This document shows, in pieces, positions 1 through 8,090 of a stretch of 24,000 nucleotides of DNA (within the stretch, counting starts at the first letter, position 1; each line of letters begins with the position of its first letter). The notes beneath the pieces are model-generated. The model was not told the DNA's origin. It was given only the letters and a program-made list of their open reading frames with translations, and did no database searches. The stretch covers positions 21,824 through 45,823 of the forward strand of contig JBGTFE010000074.1 of NCBI GenBank assembly GCA_041747435.1, in the 5' to 3' direction. Source of the DNA: Pyrinomonadaceae bacterium. GTDB lineage: Bacteria > Acidobacteriota > Blastocatellia > Pyrinomonadales > Pyrinomonadaceae. The position numbers and the translations under genes were made by a program.

Positions 1-815
1 ATCACATCGATATAGAGATTTGGCTTTAGTCCGCTGGCTTCTTGATAGATGATGTTTCGCGTGTTCCGGTTTAGGGTCTGCAAAATTCGCGCGGCTGCGA
101 CCGACGGTGCTTCGGGAAACTTCCAGACCGTATTTGCTGCGGGTTTTACGGTGGTCACGATGTTCAGCGTCGCATTGGAAATTCCGGGCAGGTCGTCGCA
201 AGGCGGGGCGTTTTTGTTTTGCTTTGCCTGCTTGGATTTATTTTTCGGCAGATCCGACTTCGCTTTATTCTTTGCCAGATCGGCGGCGGCATAATACTTC
301 GGTATTACATAGAATGCGACATAACAGGAGTTAGTATTTGGGTCTTGACAATAATAGGTCACCCGCACCGGATGGCTAGTAGCGAGCGTATGCCCGAAAT
401 CGCGCGGTGCGCCCATGTAGTCCTTATATCCGGACGGCGGAGAAATATCGTCCTTGAACTTCCATCCCGGCATCGCCAACGGCAAGGCGGCTTTGATTTC
501 GTCAAATAATCTTTGCGCCTGAGCTGCGGATTGATCAAAGAGAGCACAGGAATAAGAAAGATCCGTAAAATCATCAAGACGGCAGTTTGTCGAATCGATG
601 CCGGGAATGCCCACCTTTGCTTTCGCCTTTGTTCCGCCATATGTCGCCGGTTCCCATTTGCCGTCACGCAGCTTCTCAAATTTATCCGGACCGGCATTTA
701 TAATCTTCTCCAATGCCTTTGCCATATCGCTGTTCTGTCCGAACAGGCTGCCTGGACCCGTACTAAGCGCCAGTATAAGCCCCAAAAACATAAGGTTCAA
801 TCTTTGCTTCCGCAT
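1..815 (-). CDS. Secreted hypothetical protein. The N-terminal ~271 codons are present; the ORF runs off the left edge, so it is absent from the ORF track.
   Basis: ATG (rc of 813-815) is preceded by GGAGGAG (rc of 819-825). Hand translation MRKQRLNLMFLGLILALSTGPGSLFGQNSD... shows a basic N-terminus plus hydrophobic core, typical of a signal peptide. I checked the frame for stops in 3-122 and 243-362 and read through the rest without seeing one. The + strand track ORFs here are short and R/F/C-rich. Confidence 0.7.
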   Translation of the reverse strand, partial: MRKQRLNLMFLGLILALSTGPGSLFGQNSDMAKALEKIINAGPDKFEKLRDGKWEPATYGGTKAKAKVGIPGIDSTNCRLDDFTDLSYSCALFDQSAAQAQRLFDEIKAALPLAMPGWKFKDDISPPSGYKDYMGAPRDFGHTLATSHPVRVTYYCQDPNTNSCYVAFYVIPKYYAAADLAKNKAKSDLPKNKSKQAKQNKNAPPCDDLPGISNATLNIVTTVKPAANTVWKFPEAPSVAAARILQTLNRNTRNIIYQEASGLKPNLYIDV

Positions 816-892
816 AATCTCCTCCAATTATTTGTCAGATTTTTTCAGTAAATAATACTGCGAATGGCGCGAATGAGCAAGCAAAAATAATA

Positions 893-1088
893 GTTCGCGG
901 AGCGAACGGCAGATCGTAGCCACAGGCGTAAGCCTGTGGTACGGCGTCCATCAAATCGCGAAGCCCGCGTAGCGGGCGGCAGAAATAAATCACACGTTTC
1001 TGTCACCCGCTAATGCGGGCTTTGTATCGTTGGCGCGCGTTTCCCCACGTTTCACGTGGGGCTATTATCTTTCACTCGCTTCGCGAGT
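893..1088. repeat. Cluster of six short GC-rich stem-loops (mini-hairpin forest)
   Basis: Hairpins: gttcgc-gga-gcgaac 893-907; ccacaggc-gtaa-gcctgtgg 920-939; gcccgc-gta-gcgggc 963-977; cccgc-taat-gcggg 1006-1019; ccccacgt-ttc-acgtgggg 1043-1061; actcgc-ttc-gcgagt 1074-1088. Stems are 5-8 bp and loops 3-4 nt. Confidence 0.8.
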
Positions 1089-2453
1089 TATTCTCACCGC
1101 GCGGCTACCGTTCGCAGACGGGTTGGTTTCGGTATTGGAGAGCCTTCCGACGCAAAGGAGCAAACCCATCAAAACCCATAGATGACGCGTGTCTTCGAAT
1201 GAGCCGGTCAAACCTTGAAAGACGAACGCCGATAAAAATGCCAGGCTCAGCGCCGAATAAGCCGTCGACGGCAAATCGCGCGCGGTTTTTAGCCGGAATG
1301 AATTGCGGAGGAAGTAAATTGCGATCGCCGTGAGCGAAAGCAGTCCGAAAATGCCGTTTTGCGCGGCGGCGCTGAGATACGTGTTGTGCGCATCGGTCAA
1401 AAGACTGACCGTGCCGTCGGTGTTTTGAAACAAAACGCGGCACACGGGCAAGCCCAAACCGTTTCCGAAGAAAAAGTTTCCGGCAAAGGTTTTCAACGCT
1501 TCGGTCCATACGAGAATTCGCGGCGAAGGATACAAAACGACGTCGAACAAGGGAAGCGAAAAGGAATACGGCGCGCTGGAATACGGAGCGAGCGCAATGC
1601 TGTTCAGCACGCAAAAGCAAATTGCGGCGGCGATCGCGCCGGCAAGACTCACCCGCGCGGCGAGTTTGTTTGAATCACGAAAAACGAACCAATACCATAT
1701 ACCGACGAAAAGCAGAAACCCGCCGAGGCTCGACGAGATCGTGAAAAACGCGCAGAGCGCGATCAAAAAATAAAGGAACGAAAACAAAACTTTTCCGATC
1801 AGTTTTGCTCTTTCGGCAACAAAAAGCAGCGCCAGACTGACGGTGAGATAATTGCAAAACATACTCGCTGAAACGAAAGTCGACTGCAGGCGCGGGTAGT
1901 TGCCGACCGGAACGGCGCCGAAATCGTCAAGGGTGTAGCGAAGGAGCGAGGTTTGCGGCTCGACGTAAAAAAGAAGGATCGATACCGCGGCGATCGCGGC
2001 TGTTACGCAGGTTCCGGCAAGCCAGGCGAGAATTACGCGCTTGAAATCCTTTTCGTCCCGCACGAGGTTAAATGTCAAAACCGCAAGCCCGATCAAATAA
2101 GCACCGCCTGAAAGTTTCACCGCGCTCGTTTGAAATTCGGGCGAAAAAATTGTCGAGAAAAACATCGCCGCAAAATAAAAGATCAAAAGCCAATAAAAAC
2201 GGTGCCACCGGAATTTGAAATATCCGAGCAAAAGCCCGACAAACCAAAGCCCGGAAACCGCAACGAAAAGAATATCCGTCGCCGCGATTCGTTGAGATTT
2301 TATATAGATCTGAAGTGAAACGAAGGAAAGTGAAAAAACAAGTAGGAGAAAACCGAGCCAAACGACTCGCGTCAGCAAAAAAGAAAGACCGGACGATCGC
2401 TCGTGGTTCGCCTGCCGCCCGGCTTTTTCGGAAATTGTTTCAGTTTCGCCCAT
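1065..2453 (-). CDS. O-antigen ligase / Wzy_C-like polytopic membrane protein
   Basis: 462 aa with many hydrophobic segments. TDAHNTYLSAAAQNGIFGLL matches the H-N-x-x-L...G-x-x-G signature I associate with O-antigen ligase (Wzy_C) domains. A 13-nt gap after yqeY suggests co-transcription. The last 7 codons are encoded by hairpin 1074-1088. Confidence 0.65.
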   Translation of the reverse strand: MGETETISEKAGRQANHERSSGLSFLLTRVVWLGFLLLVFSLSFVSLQIYIKSQRIAATDILFVAVSGLWFVGLLLGYFKFRWHRFYWLLIFYFAAMFFSTIFSPEFQTSAVKLSGGAYLIGLAVLTFNLVRDEKDFKRVILAWLAGTCVTAAIAAVSILLFYVEPQTSLLRYTLDDFGAVPVGNYPRLQSTFVSASMFCNYLTVSLALLFVAERAKLIGKVLFSFLYFLIALCAFFTISSSLGGFLLFVGIWYWFVFRDSNKLAARVSLAGAIAAAICFCVLNSIALAPYSSAPYSFSLPLFDVVLYPSPRILVWTEALKTFAGNFFFGNGLGLPVCRVLFQNTDGTVSLLTDAHNTYLSAAAQNGIFGLLSLTAIAIYFLRNSFRLKTARDLPSTAYSALSLAFLSAFVFQGLTGSFEDTRHLWVLMGLLLCVGRLSNTETNPSANGSRAVRITREASER

Positions 2454-2466
2454 TTTATAGGCTCGA

Positions 2467-2913
2467 TCATTGCAGCTTTGATCTTACCGCGTCGCTCACC
2501 GCTTTTCCGTCAACGGCTTTGCCCTGCAGTTTTGCCATGGCGGCTTTCATCACCGCGCCCATTTCCTTCATCGAGCTTGCTCCGGTTTCGGCGATCGCGT
2601 CCGCAACGGCTTTTCCGATCTCGTCCGCGCTTGCGCCTTGCGGTAAATAATCTTCGAGCACTGCGATCTCCGCCTGTTCTTTGTCGGCAAGCTCTGTGCG
2701 ACCCGCATTTGTGTATTGCTCGATCGAATCGCGCCGCTGTTTGACGAGCGACTGCAGCGCTTTTGCGATCTCTTCGTCGGTGAGTTCCGCGCCTTTTTCG
2801 ATCTGGCGATTCATCAGATTTGCTTTTACCATACGCAACGTCGAAAGGCGGTTTGCGTCTTTCGCCTTCATCGCGGCGGTCAGATCGGCGACAATTTTAT
2901 CTTTCATGCTCAT
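2467..2913 (-). CDS. yqeY: GatB/YqeY domain-containing protein
   Basis: 148 aa. IVADLTAAMKAKD..RLSTLRMVKANL...EEIAKALQSLVKQRRDSIEQY...LEDYLP...MGAVMKAAMAKLQGKAVDGKAVSDAV is the full-length YqeY pattern. Confidence 0.9.
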   Translation of the reverse strand: MSMKDKIVADLTAAMKAKDANRLSTLRMVKANLMNRQIEKGAELTDEEIAKALQSLVKQRRDSIEQYTNAGRTELADKEQAEIAVLEDYLPQGASADEIGKAVADAIAETGASSMKEMGAVMKAAMAKLQGKAVDGKAVSDAVRSKLQ

Positions 2914-2917
2914 GGGT

Positions 2918-2952
2918 AAAGTCTAAAGTCTGGAGTCCTAAGTCTCAAGTCA
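2918..2952. repeat. Five tandem heptamers, NAAGTCT on the + strand (GACT-type on the yqeY sense strand)
   Basis: aaagtct aaagtct ggagtcc taagtct caagtca, in exact 7-nt register, starting 4 nt from the yqeY start codon. Confidence 0.85.
2920..2948 (-). promoter_or_regulatory. Putative promoter abutting the yqeY start (TTGAGA-17-TAGACT-6-ATG)
   Basis: On the minus strand: TTGAGA (rc 2943-2948), a 17-nt spacer, TAGACT (rc 2920-2925), 6 nt, then ATG 2913. No Shine-Dalgarno sequence. Both hexamers are 4/6 matches and lie inside the heptamer array. Confidence 0.3.
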
Positions 2953-3015
2953 AAAGCGGCGCCGGAGTTTTTCGCATCGGCGTTTTTCTGTGCTAATCTG
3001 TGGTTTCTTTTGTCT

Positions 3016-3043
3016 CGATTCTTGACTCAAGACTTTCGACTAT
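3016..3043. repeat. Four tandem heptamers NGACTNT, an inverted partner of 2918-2952
   Basis: cgattct tgactca agacttt cgactat. The last unit overlaps ATG 3042. The GACT core has the same sense relative to its downstream gene as the left array has relative to yqeY. Confidence 0.75.
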
Positions 3044-4835
3044 GAAGTTGAATTGGAAATTAGGCATTCTCACCGCGATCTTTCTGACGATTTGGACGCT
3101 CTATCCGCAATTTAAGATGTGGCATCTCCGCGGCGACCAGTGGCAGGGACATTACGCGTACAACGACATTGACGAAGTTGCATACGCTTCATACGTTCGC
3201 GCGCTGATCGATGGCAGACCGCGCAAAAACGATCCTTACACCGGGCGCGATGAATCGCCCGAAACACCACAGCCCGAATCGCTTTTTTCGATACAGTTTG
3301 CCGCTCCATACACGGTTGCGATTCCGGCGCGGATATTCGGCGTCGGTGCTCCGTGGGCAATGACTCTGGCGGGCGCGTTTGCCGGATTTTTCGCTGCGCT
3401 CGCAGCTTTTTGGGTGATCGGAAGAATTACCGGAAATTCGTGGTTCGCTATGACGGGAACGCTTCTTATGATGGCTGGCGGCGCGCTCGCGGCGGGCGAA
3501 GGAGCTATTGGCGAAATTCTGGAGATCGGGCAAACGTACCCGTATTTTCCCGCATTTCGAAGGTATATTCCCGCGGTTCCGTTCCCGTTTTTTATCGCGC
3601 TGCTTGGTCTGGTTTGGCTTTTGGTAAAGACTGAGGACGTCCGGAAACGGTTCATTTACGCTTTTCTGGCTGCATTTTGTTTTGCGTTTACGGTCTTCTC
3701 ATATTTTTACACGTGGACGACCGCGGCGGCTTGGCTCGGCAGCGTAGCGGTTTTATGGCTGGTCGCGCGTCCTGAAGGCTTTCGGAAGGATCTTAGGAGT
3801 TTTGCGTTCGTGGGCGCAGGATGTTTGGCGGCGATTATTCCGTACGGGATTTTGCTTTCAAGACGCTCGGAAACGATGGATAACGTGCAGCTTCTCGTTA
3901 ATTCCCACGCGCCGGATCTTACACGATTTCCAGTTTTTATCAGCATCGCAGTTTTGATAATTTTGATCGCGGGCATTTTGCTGAAAGTGATCGAATTCAG
4001 AGACCGCGCGACTTTATTCGCGTTGTCGTTCGCGCTTGTTCCGCTCATCGTTTTTAATCAGCAGATAATTACAGGGCGCTCGCTCCAGCCGATCCATTAT
4101 CAGGTCTTCATCGGAAATTACGTTGCCGCGCTCGCGTTGGTCGTGACGCTCGGACTACTTTTCCGAAACGCCGCAATTAAAAAACCGCTTTTATCAAAGG
4201 CAGCGTGCGCATTTCTGGCTGTGGTCGCGATCGTTTGGGGTTTTGTTGAATGTCATTACACGGTTCGCGTGCTCGACGAAGTGAATATCGGGCGCGATCA
4301 GGCGCTTCCGGTCGCAAAGCGTCTCGAAGAATTGGCAAAGAACGACGCCGATCCGTTTAGATCGACGGTTTTGTATTACGGATATGCAGAAGCGGACGAT
4401 TTTCCGAGCGTCGCGCCGCAAAACGTCCTTTGGGCGCGACATCAGCACGTATTTGCCGGGCTTTCGTGGCAGGAAAGCAAGGAGCGATATTATCAGTTTT
4501 TGTATTACAACAATGTGGATGAGAACGCGCTGGCATATTCGATTCGCGAAGGCGATTTTGTTTCAATGATCGCGCTTTTTGGCTGGGGAAAGCATACTTC
4601 GCGTCTGAGCAGCGCGGCGTCGCCGTTGACCTACGGCGAAATCGCTGAAGAAGCTGAACGTTACGGCGAATATTACAAAAACTTCAGCGTAAAAGAGGCG
4701 ACGAACCCGCTGATTTCATACGTCGTTGTGCCGGACTATTTTCAAACCGATCTTATAAATCTCGATAGATGGTATGAACGCGACGCCGGCGAAAAAATCG
4801 GCGACTACACACTTTATCGCGTCAAACTCAAGTAG
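3042..4835 (+). CDS. Large polytopic membrane protein with a soluble C-terminal domain; possibly GT-C-like glycosyltransferase (weak)
   Basis: The track ORF starts at GTG 3000. I prefer ATG 3042 (MKLNWKLGILTAIFL...). There are many hydrophobic segments through about aa 400, then a hydrophilic tail. An acidic DIDE motif in the first loop resembles GT-C enzymes, but this is inference only. Confidence 0.6.
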   Translation: MKLNWKLGILTAIFLTIWTLYPQFKMWHLRGDQWQGHYAYNDIDEVAYASYVRALIDGRPRKNDPYTGRDESPETPQPESLFSIQFAAPYTVAIPARIFGVGAPWAMTLAGAFAGFFAALAAFWVIGRITGNSWFAMTGTLLMMAGGALAAGEGAIGEILEIGQTYPYFPAFRRYIPAVPFPFFIALLGLVWLLVKTEDVRKRFIYAFLAAFCFAFTVFSYFYTWTTAAAWLGSVAVLWLVARPEGFRKDLRSFAFVGAGCLAAIIPYGILLSRRSETMDNVQLLVNSHAPDLTRFPVFISIAVLIILIAGILLKVIEFRDRATLFALSFALVPLIVFNQQIITGRSLQPIHYQVFIGNYVAALALVVTLGLLFRNAAIKKPLLSKAACAFLAVVAIVWGFVECHYTVRVLDEVNIGRDQALPVAKRLEELAKNDADPFRSTVLYYGYAEADDFPSVAPQNVLWARHQHVFAGLSWQESKERYYQFLYYNNVDENALAYSIREGDFVSMIALFGWGKHTSRLSSAASPLTYGEIAEEAERYGEYYKNFSVKEATNPLISYVVVPDYFQTDLINLDRWYERDAGEKIGDYTLYRVKLK

Positions 4836-4853
4836 CAAAATTAGACAAAAAAA

Positions 4854-4874
4854 GACCGCCAAATAACGGCGGTC
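4854..4874 (-). terminator. Rho-independent terminator for the 83-aa gene (possibly bidirectional)
   Basis: gaccgcc-aaataac-ggcggtc is a perfect 7-bp stem. The A7 run at 4847-4853 gives a T-run on the minus strand. Confidence 0.65.
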
Positions 4875-4901
4875 GTTATAGTATTGCCAATATAAAACTA
4901 C

Positions 4902-5153
4902 TTAAGCGGCGAGAAGATCATTTGACGTTTCCGCAAAAACTCGTCTGCCGTTCAATGCATCATCAATAATTTCGCGAACGGCTGAAGCATCAGGATTAAC
5001 ATCCATACGAGCACATGCCCGAAGATGTCTGATGATTCCTTCCGTCGCAATTTCCAAAGCCGCACCGTTCAATTTCGTGAAACGGCGAGCCTGTATATGG
5101 TCGATCTGCAGGATCCTATCCTGCAATGTCATAGGTTTAGCTGCTGCTACCAC
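4902..5153 (-). CDS. Hypothetical small protein (83 aa)
   Basis: GTG start at 5153 with GAAGGAGA (rc 5161-5168) 7 nt upstream, and a terminator downstream. I recognise no motif. Confidence 0.55.
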   Translation of the reverse strand: MVAAAKPMTLQDRILQIDHIQARRFTKLNGAALEIATEGIIRHLRACARMDVNPDASAVREIIDDALNGRRVFAETSNDLLAA

Positions 5154-5414
5154 TTTTTATTCTCCTTCGTTGTTGTTAAAAATACGTTGTTCTTGTGAAA
5201 ATTGTCTCAAAACGATCAAATTCTCCTCGAAGCCGTTAAATCCATATTCTTCCTATAATAAGTTGAAATTGCCAACCGAATAGTTGCTGAAAAATTTAGA
5301 TCGTTTAATACCTTCCCCAACGTATATAAGGATGGTAACAAAAAAAATAGCATTTGTCACGATTTTTTTTCAGGCGCCTGTAGCATCTTCAGCTGAACCT
5401 TGGGAAACAAAAAA

Positions 5415-5442
5415 GACCGCCAACTCTTACGAATCAACGGTC
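5415..5442 (-). terminator. Probable terminator of the HU gene
   Basis: The minus strand reads GACCGTT...(loop)...GGCGGTC followed by TTTTTTG. The stem is 5 bp plus two G-U pairs and the loop is long, so this is weaker than 4854-4874. Confidence 0.45.
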
Positions 5443-5465
5443 CTAAACTGTTAAAAAAAAAGCTA

Positions 5466-5747
5466 TTAGCCTACAGAATCTTTCATAGCTTTGCCCAAAC
5501 GGAACTTAACGGTTGTTTTGGCTGGAATTTGAATGGGCTTGCCTGTCGCCGGATTGCGACCTTCGCGCGCTTTACGCGTGGCTTTAACCAATTTTCCGAA
5601 TCCCGGAAGCGTGAATTCTCCATTTTTCTTCACTTCGCTAGCCGCAAGGCTTGCCAAAGCATTGAAGAAATCCTTCGCTTGCGCCTTTTTCAATCCCGTA
5701 CTATCAGCCAAATTGCTGATGATTTCTGTTTGTGTTAAACGAGCCAT
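5466..5747 (-). CDS. hup: HU family DNA-binding protein
   Basis: 93 aa. The sequence ...GEFTLPGFGKLVKATRKAREGRNPATGKPIQIPAKTTVKFRLGKAMKD contains the canonical HU/IHF arm (R-N-P-x-T-G). GGAGGT lies upstream. Confidence 0.93.
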   Translation of the reverse strand: MARLTQTEIISNLADSTGLKKAQAKDFFNALASLAASEVKKNGEFTLPGFGKLVKATRKAREGRNPATGKPIQIPAKTTVKFRLGKAMKDSVG

Positions 5748-5854
5748 AATTTTATAGTAACCTCCAAAAGTATTTAGTAAATCTCAATTGCTTAATTACA
5801 TTTTTTTGTTTGCAAGACGCAAACATTGCCGAAAGCCTCTCAATCGGAAAAAAT

Positions 5855-5931
5855 TGGTCGGGGCGAGATGATTCGAACATCCGACCTCACGGTCCCAAAC
5901 CGTGCGCACTACCAGGCTGTGCTACGCCCCG
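5855..5931 (-). tRNA. tRNA-Pro (anticodon UGG)
   Basis: The rc reads CGGGGCG TA GCAC AGCCTGGTA GTGC G CACGG TTTGGGA CCGTG AGGTC GGATG TTCGAAT CATCT CGCCCCG A CCA. This is 77 nt and folds as a full cloverleaf, with anticodon TGG, G37, a T-loop TTCGAAT and an encoded CCA. Confidence 0.93.
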
Positions 5932-6001
5932 CGCCCGCGGACCTCGTTTCATTCAAGAAACGCTTTCAAGTGCCGAATTTTACAGGCGAAAAACGCAATA
6001 G

Positions 6002-6616
6002 TCAAACGCAAGTATCGTAAAAACGGCGTAAATATTGAATTATTTTTTTCGATGCCAGCGCGCGATGACTAATTTTTTGTTTGATTTCCGCGGAAAGTTC
6101 GGCGAAAGTCTCATCAAAACCATTCGGAATAAATATCGGATCGTAGCCGAAACCGCTTGTGCCGCTTGGTTTTACGGCGATTTTTCCTTCGCAGATTCCG
6201 GTTGAATGATGTGTTATCGTTCCGGTATCGTCCGATATCGCAATCGAACAAACAAATCGTGCTCGGCGGTCGGTTTTTTTGGAAAGATTTTTTAATAATT
6301 TCGCGATATTGTCGCTATCGCACGCATTTTTGCCCGCGTATCGCGCCGAAAAAACGCCCGGCGCGCCGCCCAATTCAGCGACTTCCAAACCCGAATCGTC
6401 TGCCAAGGTCGGAATTCTTGTCTGATTTGCATAGCCTTTTGCCTTTAAGATCGCGTTTTCTCGAAACGTCTCGCCGGTTTCCTGAATCTTGGAAACATTC
6501 GGAAAATCTTGCAAGCCGAGCAGCGTAAGCGGCAGATCGGCGAGCAGCTCTTTGAATTCGCCAAGTTTTCCCGCGTTGCCGGTCGCTATCAGAAGTTCGA
6601 TTTTGTTTCTAACCAT
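6002..6616 (-). CDS. rdgB: RdgB/HAM1 non-canonical purine NTP pyrophosphatase
   Basis: 204 aa. Motifs: ATGNAGKLGEF, ADDSGLEV..LGGAPGVFSARYAG, GFGYDPIF, ISHRALA. Confidence 0.92.
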   Translation of the reverse strand: MVRNKIELLIATGNAGKLGEFKELLADLPLTLLGLQDFPNVSKIQETGETFRENAILKAKGYANQTRIPTLADDSGLEVAELGGAPGVFSARYAGKNACDSDNIAKLLKNLSKKTDRRARFVCSIAISDDTGTITHHSTGICEGKIAVKPSGTSGFGYDPIFIPNGFDETFAELSAEIKQKISHRALASKKIIQYLRRFYDTCV

Positions 6617-6692
6617 CGTTTGTCCAACGTTGATTTTCCGCGATGCCGTCCAAAATCACAAATCTTTTTTGTTGCCAAAATACGTATTTTCA

Positions 6693-8090
6693 ATGTATAA
6701 AAGATATAGCGACTTTTCCCGCGCTCGCCTGCTAAGATCACAATCTTGTGAGAGGAATTTTATTTTGGATGTTGCGGTAATCGAAACTCCGGTTGTTAAT
6801 CCGACCAATTTGCCCGCGGCGAACATCGCCGAGGAAAATCCGGCGCCGGTTTTGCCCGCGATCGATATCGGCGAGCTTACCTTCGAGCTCGGCTTTTGGC
6901 TGTCGGGACTGGAGAGCTTTTTGAATATTCGAAATCATTCGTTTGCGGATGAATCGCGCACAAAAGCAACGTCGCGCGATTGGGTGAAAGAGTTTCACCT
7001 CACGCATTCGACACTTTTGCGCTGTTCGAGATTGACTTTTCAGCTTGAAAAATACCTCAAACAAAGTGAAGAATGCGATATTTTCTGGCTAAAACCTGAC
7101 GAGCTTTTTGAATTTTCAGCGCTTTTGAAAGACTCCGTTTTGCTAAATGAAGCGCTTTTACGCGCCGCGCCGCTCCGGTTTGGCGAATGGACGGCATGGA
7201 GCAAAACGCTTTCGGATAAATTCGCAAAAAGCGAAGTGATACAAAAACTCGTCAGATCGGCTGAGCAAACCGGCGAGAGCTTTTTGCCCGAGATTCTTCG
7301 CGCATCGCTCGAAGCAAAATCGCTTTCCTTTGCGACGGCGAGCGATCTGCGGCTCGTTTTGCCGCGATTCGCCAAGGTCTTGAAATGGCTCGGCGTGATC
7401 GAAAAAATGTTGAAAAACGACGAACCGCTGAAACCCACGCTTTTGATCTTTTCGCGCATTTACGAACAAATTCGCGAACTGATGAACTACATAAACAACC
7501 GACTTTTGCGATTTTCCGACGAAGAAGATCAGCTATTCGGAATTCTCGACGGCGCGAGCTACGCCGCTTCGATCGAGCTCCGAAAGGTTTATAATTACGA
7601 GCTCGCCGGACTCGCCGAAATTCGTCAATCGCCGATGATCCATGCCAAGATCGAAACTGCGTTTTCACTTCTAAACGATAGTTTTCAGCTCACTTTGGTC
7701 AATTTTGCGCAAATGATCGAACCGACGATCGATCCTTTCGATGTCTTTCCCTCGCTGAAGGCAAAGTTCGAACGCTCTCTGAATCTGCGCGGTGATCTGT
7801 GGAAAGTTTTGTCGGAAGTCAGAAAGGCGGAAGAAGACGCCGAAAAATATCCGCTGGGAAAATTAAATGCGCAATTGACCGAATTTGGCGAAGGCAGCAT
7901 GCAGTTTTTATTTTATAAGGATCGGGAAACGGTGGAAAGATTTATCGAAGAGGTTTTGATTACGCCGCACAAAACCGATCTTGTGCCGATACTTCATCGT
8001 TTCGGCGCTTATCTGGAAACGCTTTTTGGACAAATAAATATGCGCGTCGTTTTAGCAAATCATCCGTTTGAATATCCGCAGAATCGCTGA
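6693..8090 (+). CDS. Hypothetical, predominantly helical protein (about 465 aa)
   Basis: This is a long open frame. The track start at 6489 overlaps rdgB by 128 nt, so I use ATG 6693. An alternative is TTG 6765, preceded by GAGAGGA. I recognise no motif. Confidence 0.55.
   Translation: MYKRYSDFSRARLLRSQSCERNFILDVAVIETPVVNPTNLPAANIAEENPAPVLPAIDIGELTFELGFWLSGLESFLNIRNHSFADESRTKATSRDWVKEFHLTHSTLLRCSRLTFQLEKYLKQSEECDIFWLKPDELFEFSALLKDSVLLNEALLRAAPLRFGEWTAWSKTLSDKFAKSEVIQKLVRSAEQTGESFLPEILRASLEAKSLSFATASDLRLVLPRFAKVLKWLGVIEKMLKNDEPLKPTLLIFSRIYEQIRELMNYINNRLLRFSDEEDQLFGILDGASYAASIELRKVYNYELAGLAEIRQSPMIHAKIETAFSLLNDSFQLTLVNFAQMIEPTIDPFDVFPSLKAKFERSLNLRGDLWKVLSEVRKAEEDAEKYPLGKLNAQLTEFGEGSMQFLFYKDRETVERFIEEVLITPHKTDLVPILHRFGAYLETLFGQINMRVVLANHPFEYPQNR

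Noticed and set aside
49-851. Several 75-112 aa track ORFs at the left end (49-294, 107-334, 219-509, 359-697, 513-851, 598-855)
   Set aside because: All overlap the long minus-strand frame 1-815, which has a strong Shine-Dalgarno sequence and a signal peptide. Their translations are R/C/F-rich and low complexity, typical of off-frame reads.
1013-2361. ORFs 1013-1333, 1105-1620, 1359-1673, 2068-2361 and others inside or opposite the O-antigen-ligase-like gene
   Set aside because: They are arginine-rich off-frame or antisense products. ORF 1013-1333 starts inside the hairpin repeat cluster.
3000-3041. GTG 3000 as the start of the large membrane protein
   Set aside because: It would translate the heptamer array. 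ATG 3042 gives a conventional N-terminus (MKLNWK + TM). I cannot exclude GTG 3000 without proteomic data.
2918-3043. Heptamer arrays (also 11371-11469) as CRISPR or other spacer-repeat arrays
   Set aside because: The units are 7 nt and contiguous with no spacers. That is far too short for CRISPR, and no cas genes are present.
4847-5423. 15-nt direct repeat aaaaaagaccgccaa (4848-4862 and 5409-5423) flanking the 83-aa gene, read as the ends of an inserted cassette
   Set aside because: Both copies are the A-run plus left stem of terminator hairpins. Convergent similarity of GC-stem/T-run terminators is common, and no other insertion signature is visible.
5400-6020. ORFs 5400-5738, 5533-5757, 5810-6001 and 5826-6020
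   Set aside because: The first two are antisense or off-frame to the clear HU gene. The last two run straight through the tRNA-Pro gene.
6489-6692. Start at 6489 for the 533-aa track ORF
   Set aside because: It would overlap rdgB by 128 nt on the opposite strand, and the N-terminal extension is S/P/R-rich. ATG 6693 or TTG 6765 is more plausible.
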